From NCBI GenBank assembly GCA_963708025.1, contig CAVPSB010000011.1:13749-77748 (forward strand): DNA of 64,000 nt, read 5' to 3'. The number at the start of each line of letters is the position of its first letter. Position 1 is the first letter of the stretch. Under the pieces are notes generated by a model. The model was given only the letters and a program-made list of their open reading frames with translations, ran no database searches and was not told the origin of the DNA. Shown one piece after another: positions 30,042 through 40,353 of this stretch. The translations under genes were made by a program, and so were the position numbers. This DNA is from an uncultured Candidatus Rokubacteria bacterium. GTDB taxonomy: Bacteria; Methylomirabilota; Methylomirabilia; Rokubacteriales; DASRDR01.

Positions 30042-30416
30042 TCAGAGGCCGTCCGAGTCCGACTCGCCGGAGGGCTCCGACGTGTCTCCCTCGCCTCCGG
30101 CTTCCTGCTCGGTGACCTCGTCGACCATCTCGTTCCAGTCCTCACCGACGTCGTCGCCCATCGCCCCTCCCATCTTCTTCATCCACCGGGCGACGCTTCG
30201 CGGGTCGTTCTCGTCGAGGTCGCCGAGCTGACCGGGATCGGCCAGGGACTCGAGTCGGTCATCCTCCGAGCGGATCGTCGCGAATCGAGACATGAGCCGC
30301 GTCAGTTGCTGTCCGCCACACTGGGGACAGTGGGGAGTGGCCGGGTCCGAGATGCGCATCACCAGCAGGCTCACCCGTCGGCGGCAATCTGCGCAGTGAT
30401 ACTCGTAAATCGGCAT
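30042..30416 (-). CDS. FmdB-family zinc-ribbon protein
   Basis: MPIYEYHCADC...CPQCG...RLMSRF; acidic C-terminus. Confidence 0.88.
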   Translation of the reverse strand: MPIYEYHCADCRRRVSLLVMRISDPATPHCPQCGGQQLTRLMSRFATIRSEDDRLESLADPGQLGDLDENDPRSVARWMKKMGGAMGDDVGEDWNEMVDEVTEQEAGGEGDTSEPSGESDSDGL

Positions 30417-30639
30417 CGGGAGCTCCGCCCGAATTCTACTGGTGAGACACGGGCCGGTCAAGGAAGCCCAGGAGGTAACAGTCACTTATGAGCCGGGACG
30501 GGAAGCAGACCGATCAGGCAAGATCTCGCGCGACGAGGTGCGGCGGGCAGGCGCAGCCGAGCCGAAGCGCCGGGACGCTCGACTGCCGGTTCGCGCCGAC
30601 CGCTGACGGCGTTGTCAGGGCCGGCCGCGGCCGACCGTG

Positions 30640-30834
30640 CTACCAGCCGTGCTTCATCAGGGTCAGCATGATGACGATCGACGTCACCACCGAGGCCAGG
30701 TAGCCGATCACGATTCCGACCAGGTAGTCATGCCCGCCCTGTGGCGCGCCCCGATCGAGGTGACCCTCGGCATGAGCCGTCGGCGGCCGCCAGGCGACTG
30801 CGTCGAACCCTCGGGCCTTCCAGGGACCTCCCAT
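30640..30834 (-). CDS. 64-aa small protein with a C-terminal TM helix
   Basis: Strong RBS AGGAGGAGGTG; YLVGIVIGYLASVVTSIVIMLTLM; sigma54 promoter upstream. Confidence 0.65.
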   Translation of the reverse strand: MGGPWKARGFDAVAWRPPTAHAEGHLDRGAPQGGHDYLVGIVIGYLASVVTSIVIMLTLMKHGW

Positions 30835-30890
30835 GGCGCTCACCTCCTCCTGCTCAGTCCATGCTGGCGAGTGTGCCTGCCCATGTACCA

Positions 30891-30906
30891 AGCAAGTGCA
30901 ATGCCA
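30891..30906 (-). promoter_or_regulatory. sigma54 promoter TGGCATTGCACTTGCT
   Basis: Near-consensus -24/-12, 57 bp upstream of the ATG at 30834. Confidence 0.72.
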
Positions 30907-31083
30907 CGGAACGGCGCCTCGGTCCCGAGAGAGGTAACTGCACGTCCGGTCACGCATTTGGGACGGTGCGGGCCCTCCCGGCTCGTCGGGTGGGCGATCC
31001 CGTTCGTCCGGCAGGGACTGCACACGAGACGGGCAGGCTGGCCGGCACCGAGGCACCCTGGCCCGTTTCTGACCTGCCAGGGG

Positions 31084-31947
31084 TCAGCGGGCGAGGGCGA
31101 CGCAGGCCACGCCGGCCAGGATGACGGCGGCCCCGGCCAGCCGCGGCCCCAGCCGGCCCTCCCCGAGCCACCAGCTCCCGATGAACGCCGAGAGCACGAT
31201 GGAGAGCTCGCGGGCGGCCACCACGTAGCCGACCTTCGAGAGCCGGAAAGCGAACAGGACCAGAAGGTACGCGGTGAGGTTCAGGGCGGCGGCGACCAGG
31301 ATGGCCCGCCGGTTCACCGCCCACTCGCGACGCAAGGCCTCGGGATCGCGGAGGACGGCGGGAGCGAGGAGCAGTGCCGAGCCGATCCCGAGGAGTGCGA
31401 TGTACGGAACGGGGTTGAGGCGGGCGACGCCGGCCTTGTCGACCAGCGAGTAGGCGGCGATCGTGAGGCCGGTCAGCACGGCCCAGAACGTCCCGGGGCC
31501 GGTCGGGGGGGTGCTGACCGGACCGGCGGCGGCCGGAACCCGATGGACGGCGACGATCCCGACGACGACCAGGAAGACCCCGAGCGCTCCCAGCCCGGAC
31601 AGGCGCTCGTCGAAGATGCTCCAGGCGAGAGCCGGAACGAGGGCGACGCCCAGTCCCCGGGCGATCGGATAGACGCGGGAGAAATCGCCGGAGCGGTAGG
31701 CTCGGCCGAGCGCGTAGAAGTAGAGGGCGTGGAGGAGCACGGTGGCCACCACGAACGGCCAGGCGCCGGGCGGCACGCCCCCCGCTCGCCACGCGATCCA
31801 GAGACCGACCGGACACAGCACGAGTGAGGCCAGCGAGACCGAGGACCACAGGAAGGGCAGCGGCTCCCGCGCCCGCTTGGCGAGCGCGTTCCACGTGGCG
31901 TGGAGGATGGCGGCGCCCACGACCAGCGCCAGCGCCGCCGGAGTCAC
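31084..31947 (-). CDS. EamA/DMT family transporter
   Basis: LHATWNALAK, AYRSGDFSRVYPIARG, YSLVDK, AARELSIV. Confidence 0.92.
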   Translation of the reverse strand: MTPAALALVVGAAILHATWNALAKRAREPLPFLWSSVSLASLVLCPVGLWIAWRAGGVPPGAWPFVVATVLLHALYFYALGRAYRSGDFSRVYPIARGLGVALVPALAWSIFDERLSGLGALGVFLVVVGIVAVHRVPAAAGPVSTPPTGPGTFWAVLTGLTIAAYSLVDKAGVARLNPVPYIALLGIGSALLLAPAVLRDPEALRREWAVNRRAILVAAALNLTAYLLVLFAFRLSKVGYVVAARELSIVLSAFIGSWWLGEGRLGPRLAGAAVILAGVACVALAR

Positions 31948-31983
31948 GGCTCAGAGGGTGTGAAGGAATCGGGGCCTCCGGCT

Positions 31984-32027
31984 CCCCCCTCCCCCCGGTG
32001 GGTGGGGGAGGGGGGCTGGGGGGGTGG
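31984..32027. repeat. C-rich/G-rich REP-like element
   Basis: Matches 20438-20480. Confidence 0.65.
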
Positions 32028-32046
32028 GAGGGAGGTCCCGAACATC

Positions 32047-33696
32047 TCAGATCGCGAGACTACCGCCGCCTTCGCGGCGGTACGCCGTCGGGTCGAGGAT
32101 CACGTTGAGGCAGGCGACCCGCCCCGAGGCGAGGGCGCGCTCGAGGGCCGGGCGGAGGCGCGTCGGATCCTCGATCGTCTCGCCGATCCCGCCGAGCGCC
32201 TCGGCGATCCGGTCGTAGCGCGTCAGCGGGAGCGAGGTGCCGACCAGGCGCTCGCGGCCGTAGAAGCTCTCCTGGATCGTCCGGATCATCCCCCACCCGC
32301 CGTCGTTCCCCACGACGCAGACCAGCGGCAGGTCGAAGCGCACCGCCGTCTCCAGCTCCATGCCGTTGAGCCCGAAGGCGCCGTCGCCCGAGAGCAGGAG
32401 CACCCGCCACTCGGGATGGAGCAGCTTCGCCGCGATGGCGAACGGCGGGCCGACCCCGAGGACACCGAGCGGCCCCGGGTCGAGCCACTGCGCCGGCCGG
32501 GAGAGCGGCACGATCTTGGACGCGCAGGTGACGACGTCGCCGCCGTCGGCGACCAGGCAGGTGGCCGCGTCCATCACCGCGGCCAGCTCGGCGGCGAGAC
32601 GGTAGTGGCTGATGGGCGTCTGGTCGGAGGCGGCCAGGACGGCCTGCTTGGCCTGCTCCGCGTCCTCCTTCTCCCGGAGGCGGCGGCGCCACGCCTCGGT
32701 CCGCCGGGCGGCGCCGGCCGGCACGGCATCGGCCAGCGCCGCGAGGGCCAGCCGGATGTCGGCGGCGAGGCCCACGTCCACCGGCCGGTTCCGCCCGAAG
32801 TCGCCGGCGTCGGCGTCCACCATCACGAGCCGCGCCCCCTCGGCGATCGCCGGCGGCCGGCCGTAGCCAAGCCGGAAGTCCAGCGGCGTGCCGAGGACGA
32901 GGACGAGGTCGGCCTCCCGGAGCGCCGTGCCGCGGGCGAGCTGGAACGCCATCGGGTGCGCGCCCGGGAGGCAGCCCCGGCCCATTCCGTTGGTGAAGAC
33001 CGGCACCCCGGACCGCTCGGCGAAGGCCGCCAGGGCCGCGGCGGCGCCGTCCCAGTAGACCCCGCTGCCCGCGACGACCGCCGGCCGCTCGGCGGCGGCG
33101 AGGAGCGCCGCCGCTCGCTCGATCTCGGCCGCCACCGGCGCCGGCCGACCGACCGGACCTCGCTCGGGGAGCGGGGCGTCGGCGGCGTCGATACTGCCCA
33201 TGAGGAGATCGACCGCGATCTCGACGAAGACGGGACCGGGACGGCCGTCGAGCGCCGTCCGGACGGCCCGGGTCAGGTACTCGGGGATCAGCCGCGTCTC
33301 CGGCACCGCCCAGGCGCCCTTGGTGATGGAGCGGAAGAGGGCGACCTGCTCCATCTCCTGGAGGGCGCCCATCCCCTTGAGCGCGAGCGGCGAGGCGCCA
33401 CCGATCAGGAGGAGCGGGCTCCGGGCGGCGAAGGCGTTGGCGACGCCGGTCACCGCGTCGGTCACGCCGGGGCCCGGCACCACGGCCGCCACCCCGAGCC
33501 CCCGGGTGAGCCGGGCGTACGCGTCGGCGGCGTGGGCGGCCGCCTGCTCGTGGCGGGTGTTGACGACCGCGATGCCGTCCTTGAGGCAGGCGTCGTAGAT
33601 CGGCAGGATGTGGCCGCCGCAGAGCGTGAAGAGATGCCGCACGCCCTCCCGGGCTAGCACCTTCGTCACCAGCTCGCCACCCGTCACGTCCGCCAT
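32047..33696 (-). CDS. ThDP-dependent enzyme (acetolactate synthase / 2-hydroxyacyl-CoA lyase-like)
   Basis: FTLCGGHI, RHEQAAAHAADAYAR, GALQE, WLDPGPLGVLGVG, GDGAFG...N motif. Confidence 0.92.
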   Translation of the reverse strand: MADVTGGELVTKVLAREGVRHLFTLCGGHILPIYDACLKDGIAVVNTRHEQAAAHAADAYARLTRGLGVAAVVPGPGVTDAVTGVANAFAARSPLLLIGGASPLALKGMGALQEMEQVALFRSITKGAWAVPETRLIPEYLTRAVRTALDGRPGPVFVEIAVDLLMGSIDAADAPLPERGPVGRPAPVAAEIERAAALLAAAERPAVVAGSGVYWDGAAAALAAFAERSGVPVFTNGMGRGCLPGAHPMAFQLARGTALREADLVLVLGTPLDFRLGYGRPPAIAEGARLVMVDADAGDFGRNRPVDVGLAADIRLALAALADAVPAGAARRTEAWRRRLREKEDAEQAKQAVLAASDQTPISHYRLAAELAAVMDAATCLVADGGDVVTCASKIVPLSRPAQWLDPGPLGVLGVGPPFAIAAKLLHPEWRVLLLSGDGAFGLNGMELETAVRFDLPLVCVVGNDGGWGMIRTIQESFYGRERLVGTSLPLTRYDRIAEALGGIGETIEDPTRLRPALERALASGRVACLNVILDPTAYRREGGGSLAI

Positions 33697-33706
33697 GCGC
33701 TTGCCC

Positions 33707-34411
33707 CTACCAGAATTTCTCGTAGCGAATCTTGCGGCGCTCCATCCCACGCGCCAGGCAGAGCTCGCGCGCCGTCTTGACGAGCGCGCCACCCCCGCAC
33801 AGGAGCGCCTCGTGGTCCTCGAGCCGCCCGGTGGATCGCTCCACCACCGCCAGCACCGAGCCGACCTCGCCGGGCCAGGCGGGATCCGGGGCCGACAGGA
33901 TCGGCCGGTAGCGGAACCGGGCGTGGCGGGCGGCAAGAGCCTGGAGTTCGGCGTCGTAGAGCAGGTGCCCAGGCATTGGCGCGGTGAAGTAGAGGGTCAT
34001 CGGGCGCGGGAAGCCCTGCTCCTCCTGGGCGAGGAGGATGGAGCGAAACGGGACGACGCCGATCTCTTCCGCGACCATCAGGACCGGTGCCGTCGAATCC
34101 CGGATCAGCGTCAGCGTGCCGAGCGGGGGCTGGAACCGCACCTCGTCCCCCACCCGCAGGTCTCGGAAGTAGCGGGAACCCGAGCCGCCCGGCTTGACGT
34201 CCACGCAGAGACGGATCAGCCGGCGCTCCGACGGCGGCGAGGCCATCGAGTAGGGCCGGACCGTCTTGGCGTCGAGCGGGATCGCGATCCACTGGCCGGC
34301 CTCGAAGGCCAGCTCGGGCGGCTCGACCATGGCCAGGTCCACCTCGAGGACGATGGGGTCCAGCCAGCGGACGGCGGCGACGCGAGCGCGACACGAGGGC
34401 GCCCTCGGCAC
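33707..34411 (-). CDS. FNR-family FAD/NAD(P)H oxidoreductase (no 2Fe-2S domain)
   Basis: FEAGQW, RPYSMAS, GGSGS, LCG, EKFW. Confidence 0.85.
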   Translation of the reverse strand: MPRAPSCRARVAAVRWLDPIVLEVDLAMVEPPELAFEAGQWIAIPLDAKTVRPYSMASPPSERRLIRLCVDVKPGGSGSRYFRDLRVGDEVRFQPPLGTLTLIRDSTAPVLMVAEEIGVVPFRSILLAQEEQGFPRPMTLYFTAPMPGHLLYDAELQALAARHARFRYRPILSAPDPAWPGEVGSVLAVVERSTGRLEDHEALLCGGGALVKTARELCLARGMERRKIRYEKFW

Positions 34412-34423
34412 GGCGCCGCCCCG

Positions 34424-35359
34424 TCATTCCCGGCGGAACTGCGGGAGGACGTCGGCCGCGAAGCGCTCGATCTGCTCGGCCGCCCGCTCCACGCCGGCGG
34501 TGAAGCCCAGCACGAAGGTCCGGGCGCCGGCCTCCACGAAGCGGGCGAGCGTCTCGGCGCACTGCGCCGGCGGCCCGAGCACGGCGTACTTCTTGACCAG
34601 CTCGTCGAATGGCTGGTTGTACTGGCGGGTGAGGTAGCGGGTGGCGGCCGCGCGCGCCTGCTCCCAGTCGTCGTCGATGACGGTGAAGGCGAGGTGCGCG
34701 GGCTCGAAGCCGCGACCGTCCTCCAGCGAGCGGCCCGCCTCGTTCGCGAAGGCCCGGATCTTCTCGAGGCTCTCCCGGTAGCGCTCGGGCGTCACCACGT
34801 AGGAGATCCAGCCGTCCCCGACCCGCGCCGCCCGACGGAGCGCGTGGTCGGATCGGCCGCCGATCCAGATCGGGGGACCGCCTTCCTGGACCGGTCGCGG
34901 CGAGAGCGAGACGTCCGTGAAGCGGAGGAAGCGGCCCTCGAACGAGGCAGGCGCCTTCGTCCAGAGGAGCCGGCACACCTCGATCCCCTCGTCCACGCGC
35001 CGGCCCCGCTCGGCGTGGGGAACGCCGACGGCCTCGAACTCCTTGGGGAACTCGCCGCCCACGCCCACGCCGAAGACGAGCCGCCCGCCCGAGAGGACGT
35101 CGACGGTGGCCGCGGTCTTGGCCGCGATCGTCGGCTGGCGGAGGGCGAGGAGGTAGACCGACGTCCCGAGGCGCACGCGGCGGGTGAGCGCCGCCAGGTG
35201 GCTCAGGAGGGTGAGCGACTCGAAGGTCGGGTTGTGGAACTGGACGTGGTCACCGGTCCAGATCGAGTCGTAGCCCAGCGCCTCGATCCGCGTGGCGAGC
35301 GCCCGCACGGTGTCCGGCGGCGCGAAGGCCAGGCTGACACCGAAGCGGACCTCGGGCAT
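34424..35359 (-). CDS. LLM-class flavin-dependent oxidoreductase
   Basis: GYDSIWTGDH, LGTSV, DVLSGGRL.FGVGVG, PPIWIGG. Confidence 0.92.
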   Translation of the reverse strand: MPEVRFGVSLAFAPPDTVRALATRIEALGYDSIWTGDHVQFHNPTFESLTLLSHLAALTRRVRLGTSVYLLALRQPTIAAKTAATVDVLSGGRLVFGVGVGGEFPKEFEAVGVPHAERGRRVDEGIEVCRLLWTKAPASFEGRFLRFTDVSLSPRPVQEGGPPIWIGGRSDHALRRAARVGDGWISYVVTPERYRESLEKIRAFANEAGRSLEDGRGFEPAHLAFTVIDDDWEQARAAATRYLTRQYNQPFDELVKKYAVLGPPAQCAETLARFVEAGARTFVLGFTAGVERAAEQIERFAADVLPQFRRE

Positions 35360-35371
35360 CGTGGCTCAGTC

Positions 35372-35407
35372 GGGCCGGGGGGGAGCTACGCGCTCCTCCC
35401 CCGGCCC
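35372..35407. other. Intergenic GC hairpin
   Basis: GGGCCGGGGGGGAGC...GCTCCTCCCCCGGCCC. Confidence 0.5.
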
Positions 35408-35462
35408 CCCCCTCCGGCTGACCCGACGGTCACCGAGCAATATGCCACGAAATGCACGCCTC

Positions 35463-37524
35463 TCACCGCGGGAACGCGTCGCGGACGCCGCCGTTGACGG
35501 TCAGCGTGCAGCCGGTCGTCTTGGCCGACCGGTCGGAGGCGAGGAACAGGACCGACTCGGCCACGTCCTCCGGCAGGACGGAGACCCCGAGGAGGTTGCG
35601 CTTCCGGTAGAACTCCTCGAGCTGCTCGACGCCGATCCCCTGGGCGCGCGCCCGCTCGCGCCGGACCTCCTCGGACCACAGGCCCGAGTCGCGGAACACG
35701 GCGTCGGGGTTCACGATGTTGGCGCGGATGCCGTGGGGGCCGCCCTCGATCGCCGCCACCTTGGCGAGCTGGGCCTCGGCCGCCTTCGCGGCGCTGTAGG
35801 CGGCGAAGTCCTTGCCGGGCGACATGACGTTCTTGGTCGCCACGAAGACGAGGCTGCCGCCGAGTCCCTGGGCCTTCAGGACGCGGAGCGCCTCGCGCGT
35901 CACCAGGAAGTGGCCGCGCGCGTTCACGGCGAAGCTCCGCTCCCAGTCGGCCAGGGCCATCGTGTCGAGCGGCGCCGAGTGGGCGATCCCGGCGTTCGAC
36001 ACCACGATGTCGAGCCCGCCGTAGGCCTCGACGGCCGCGCGGATCCCGGCCTGCACCGACGTCTCGGAGGTGACGTCCATGGCCACGCCGAGCGCGCGGC
36101 CGGACCCGGCTTCCTTCCCGATCTCGTCCGCGGCCCGCGCCGCCCCTGCCCCGTCCAGGTCGGCCACCACGACGTGGGCGCCCTCCCGGGCCAGCCGCCG
36201 GGCGACCGCCCGCCCGATCGCCCCGGCCGCCCCGGTGACGAGGACGATGCGCCGGGCCAGCTCCTTCTCGGGCGGCGCCAGCGCCAGCTTGTACAGCTCG
36301 AGCGGCCAGTACTCGACGCCGAACGCCTCGGCCGGCGGTCAGCGAGACGTAGCGGCCGACGCCCGAGGCGGCCCGCAGCACCCACGCGGTGTGGTGATAG
36401 ATGTCGGCGACGATCCCCGCCGTCCGGGCGTCCTTGCCGCTCGTGAACATGCCGAGGCCGGGGAGGAGGATCACCCGCGGATACGGGTCCGCCAGCGTGG
36501 CGCCCTCGAACCGGTGGGCCTCGAAGTACGCGGTGTAGTCGCGCGCGAAGGCGTCGAGGGCCGGCCCCAGCGCCGCGACGACCGCGTCGGGCGAGGTCGG
36601 GTCGGCCAGCGGCACGAAGCACGGCAGGCGCTTCGTGTAGATGGTGTGGTCCGGCGTGGCCGGGCCGACCCGGGTCAGCTCCCCCGCCTCCGGCGCGCTC
36701 GCCAGCTCGCGCACGCTCTCGCCGTCGTCGAAGCGGAGGACCACGCGCCGATCGCGCCCGAGGAGCCCGCGCAGGACCGGCGCCACCGCGGTGGCGACGC
36801 CGCGGCGGGTGGCCGCGTCCGGCGCGGGGACGGTGGGCGGGCCGAAGACCCGGCGGCGGCGGGCGGCGTCGGCGAGACGCTCCTCGGCCCGGGTCACCAG
36901 GTCGAGGGTGCCGAGATAGGCCTCCTCGACGGTGGCTCCCCACGTGAGCAGGCCGTGCTTCTCGAGAACGATGCCCCGCGCCTCGGGATGGGCCCGCACG
37001 GCGTCGGCGACTTCCCGGGAGAGCCGGAACCCCGGCCGGCGGTACGCGATGCCGGCGACGTCCTTGCCGAACAGCTCCTGGACCACCTCGCGGCCGCGGT
37101 CGGTGTTGGTCAGGGCCACGATCGCGTCGGCGTGGGTGTGGATCACCGCCTCGAACGGGAGGAAGCCGTGGAGCAGCGTCTCGATCGAGGGACGGGGCGA
37201 GCCGGGCTCCTGGAGGCAGCGGGCCAGGTAGTCCACCATCTCCTGGTCGCCCATGTCGGCGCGGGCCACGAGCGGGCGGACGTCGTCCAGGCGGACCCCG
37301 GGGAAGTCCTTGCGGGTGACGCTCTTGAGGTCCGAGCCGCTCCCCTTGACGCGCAGGACGGGGATCGGCCGCCCCTGCAGGTCGGGCTCGGTCAGCTTGA
37401 TCGAGGTGTTGCCGCCGCCCCAGACGGCCAGCGAGGTCTCGGCGCCGACGAGGCGCGAGGCGTAGACCAGGAGATCGAGGGGATCGAGACCGCGCGCGGC
37501 CTCGTCGTTCCAGTGGCTCTGCAT
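35463..37524 (-). CDS. Bifunctional rhamnulose-1-phosphate aldolase / short-chain dehydrogenase (YuxG-like); frameshift near 36335
   Basis: GGGNTSIK, VKGSG.DL, PSIETLLH, HTHADA, TPDH, VEYWPLE; SDR YSAAK, VNPDAV. Confidence 0.9.
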
Positions 37525-37596
37525 GCGGGTGGGACCCGGCCCGTATCGTAGTCGGCCGCTCGCGCGGCGTCAAGGCACGCGCGATCCGTTCGAGGG

Positions 37597-37806
37597 TCAG
37601 CCGGCCGCCCGACCCGATTCCGGGGGCTCGCGTCCGTAGACGAGCGCCGGCAGGACGAGGACGAGAACCGACCACACCGGGTTGACGTGATCCCGCCGCG
37701 GCTCCACGAGGAGCTGCAGCAGCCCCAGGAGCCACGCGATCGAGGTGAGCGCCGTCCAGACGCCGAAGAGCTTGAGGCCGACTCGCCCCAGCTCACGCAG
37801 ATCCAT
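37597..37806 (-). CDS. Small two-TM hypothetical protein
   Basis: Two hydrophobic segments; overlaps the end of the upstream gene. Confidence 0.45.
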   Translation of the reverse strand: MDLRELGRVGLKLFGVWTALTSIAWLLGLLQLLVEPRRDHVNPVWSVLVLVLPALVYGREPPESGRAAG

Positions 37807-39004
37807 CTGGCGTTCCGCGAGCCGGCGGCGCGGACTCCCCCCGGTGGAGCCGTTCGGCGTCGGGAAGGCTGGCCTGCCAGCCCTCGGTGAAGAGGGTCTT
37901 GCCGCCCCAGTATTCCTGGAACGGGTGGGCGAGGGCGGCCGCCTCGTGCAGCTCGACGCCGAGCCCCGGCCGGTCGGACACGACGATCTCTCCGTTCACG
38001 ACGCGGGGGCCGCCCTCGACGACCTCGTCGATCCAGGGGGCCTGGGCCACGAAGTACTCCTGGATGAGGAAGTTCGGGATCACCGCGTCGAGCTGGACGG
38101 CGGCGGCGGTGCCGATCGGCCCCGAGGCGTTGTGGGGCGCCACCTGGACGTAGTGGGCCTCGGCCAGGGCGGCGATCTTCTTGACCTCGGTGAGCCCGCC
38201 GGCGTGGCAGAGGTCGGGCTGGACGATGTCCACCGCCCGGCGCCGGAGCAGCTCCTGGAACGCGAACTTCGTGCAGAGCCGCTCGCCGGTCGCGACCGGG
38301 ATCCGGATCGCCCGCGCCACCTTCACCAGGGCATCGACGTTCTCGACGGGGACCGGCTCCTCGTAGAAGAACGGATCGAAGGGCTCGAGCCGACGCGCCA
38401 TGGCGATCGACCAGGCCGGGGCCAGCCGGCCGTGCACCTCGATGCAGAGGTCCACGTCGGGGCCGACCGCCTCCCGCACCGCCGCCACGTTCGCCACGGC
38501 AGCCCGCATCGCCACCGCCCGCATCGTCAGGTCGGCGTCGCCGAAGGGGTCCCACTTGAGGGCCGTGTAGCCCTCGGCGACGACCTTGGCCGCCGCCCGG
38601 GCGAACTGCTCGGGCGTCTCGCAGCCCCAGTACCAGGCGTTGGCGTAGGCCCTGAGCTGCCCGCGTCGCTTCCCGCCGAGGAGGGCGTGGACCGGCACCC
38701 CCAGCTTCTTCCCCTTCAGGTCCCAGCAGGCCTGGTCGATCGCGCTGATCGCGCTGTTGATGATGAGGTCGTTCCGCCAGTAGCTGTCCCGGTAGAGCCG
38801 CTCCCACAGGGCTTCGGTCGCCCCGGCGTCCGCGCCCCGGATCCGGGCGCAGGTCTGGCGGAGGCAGGCTTCGGCGGCCAGCTCGTTCCACTCGACGGTC
38901 GCCTCGCCGACGCCGGTCAGCCCGTCCTCCGTGTAGAGCTTGAGGAAGACGAAGCTCCGGTAGCCGTCGTGGACGATGAAGGTGCGGAAGTCCTCGATCC
39001 GCAC
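37793..39004 (-). CDS. Mandelate racemase/enolase superfamily dehydratase (galactonate dehydratase-like)
   Basis: SAIDQACWDLKGK, YANAW, KWDPF, EVHGR, EEP, GER, QPD, APHN. Confidence 0.92.
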   Translation of the reverse strand: MRIEDFRTFIVHDGYRSFVFLKLYTEDGLTGVGEATVEWNELAAEACLRQTCARIRGADAGATEALWERLYRDSYWRNDLIINSAISAIDQACWDLKGKKLGVPVHALLGGKRRGQLRAYANAWYWGCETPEQFARAAAKVVAEGYTALKWDPFGDADLTMRAVAMRAAVANVAAVREAVGPDVDLCIEVHGRLAPAWSIAMARRLEPFDPFFYEEPVPVENVDALVKVARAIRIPVATGERLCTKFAFQELLRRRAVDIVQPDLCHAGGLTEVKKIAALAEAHYVQVAPHNASGPIGTAAAVQLDAVIPNFLIQEYFVAQAPWIDEVVEGGPRVVNGEIVVSDRPGLGVELHEAAALAHPFQEYWGGKTLFTEGWQASLPDAERLHRGESAPPARGTPDGSA

Positions 39005-39019
39005 GGGTGGGCGGCGGCG

Positions 39020-40084
39020 CTACCGGACCTTGCCGCGGGCGGCGATCGGCCAGACGACCTCGACGCGGTCGCCGCGCACGCCGTAGACCTCGTCCACCAT
39101 GTTCGACACCACGCAGCAGTGGTTCGGCACCACGTGGACGACGTCGCCCACCGCGGGGCGCTCGGGACAGGCCGAGAGGTCCAGGGTCCCGTGCTCCTCG
39201 GAGAGCCCGGTCACGGCAGCCGCCGGATACTCCATGACGTGGCCGTAGCCCTTCATCCCGTAGAGGTCCGAGGTCAGCACCTTGGTCCCGGCGTCGATGA
39301 TGGCCCGGGTATCGGTCGGCCGGCTCACCACGGTGACCCGCACGCGCATGGCGCACTCGTCCCAGGTGGCGTTCTTCGCCAGCTCCACGACCATCGCGTC
39401 GTTGTAGACGCAGGTGCCGGCCCGGTGCTCGGTCAGCATCGGGAACTTCCCCACGGTGGCCAGGGCCGGGGTGCCCCCGCCCGAGACGATCGGGACCGGG
39501 ATCCCGGCCTGCTTGAAGAGGGCCAGGGCGCGCTCGAAGAAGGCCCCGGTGCCGGGGTCGCGGTTCGGGAACGTCATGAGCCCCTGGAAGTCCATCCGGG
39601 GCAGCTTCATCGCGGCCCGGGCCAGGTCGAACGCCGCCTCGGGACTCTGGACCCCGTTCCGGCCGAAGCCGGTGTCGCACTCGACGAGGAAGCGCACGTC
39701 TACGCCGTGGCGGGCGCCGGCCTCGGAGAGCCCCCGGGCCACCGTCTCGTTGTCGAGGGCCACGGTGAGGCGGCGCACCCGAGGAGCCAGCGCCATGAGC
39801 CGGTCGAGCTTCGGTCGGCCGAGGATGTTGTAGCTGAGCAGCACGTCCTGGGCGACCCCGGCGTCCACGAATACCTCGGCCTCGCCGACCTTCTGGACCG
39901 TGATGCCGATGGCGCCCGCCGCCATCTGCATCTGGCCGATGGCGGGGATCTTGTGGGTCTTGACGTGGGGCCGGTTGCCGACGCCGTGGCGGTCGAGGAG
40001 CGCCTGCACCCGCCGGATGTTGGCCTCCATGACGTCCAGCTGAACGGTCACGGCCGGCGTGTCGAGCTCACGGACGTCGTTCAC
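39020..40084 (-). CDS. PLP-dependent D-threonine aldolase / D-serine dehydratase-like enzyme
   Basis: DTPA, RPHVKTHK, SGGGTP, EHRAG, DAGTK, SEEHG, PNHCC. Confidence 0.92.
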   Translation of the reverse strand: MNDVRELDTPAVTVQLDVMEANIRRVQALLDRHGVGNRPHVKTHKIPAIGQMQMAAGAIGITVQKVGEAEVFVDAGVAQDVLLSYNILGRPKLDRLMALAPRVRRLTVALDNETVARGLSEAGARHGVDVRFLVECDTGFGRNGVQSPEAAFDLARAAMKLPRMDFQGLMTFPNRDPGTGAFFERALALFKQAGIPVPIVSGGGTPALATVGKFPMLTEHRAGTCVYNDAMVVELAKNATWDECAMRVRVTVVSRPTDTRAIIDAGTKVLTSDLYGMKGYGHVMEYPAAAVTGLSEEHGTLDLSACPERPAVGDVVHVVPNHCCVVSNMVDEVYGVRGDRVEVVWPIAARGKVR

Positions 40085-40152
40085 CTACGCCTCCTTATGG
40101 CGGGGCCAGGCCTTTGAAGCGCCAGAGTCATTGCAGTCGGGTCAAGTTCCTT

Positions 40153-40353
40153 GGGGCGGGGCCGAGGAGCGAGCAGCGCCCACAGGCCGAAGGCCGTCCA
40201 ATGGACGCAGGGAGGAGCCGACCGCAGGCGTACTCCGAGTACGCCGAGGATCGGCTCCGACCGAGGACGACCAGAGGTCGGGACGGACGCGAGGCCGTAG
40301 GCCGAGCGCGTCCCGGCCGAGATGAACGTTGCGACGCTCATCGGCCCCGCCCC
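40153..40353 (-). repeat. Structured intergenic repeat, copy 2 (with extra GGCC-NNN-GGCC hairpins)
   Basis: Same terminal IR and core as 22091-22214; begins right after the permease stop codon. Confidence 0.85.
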
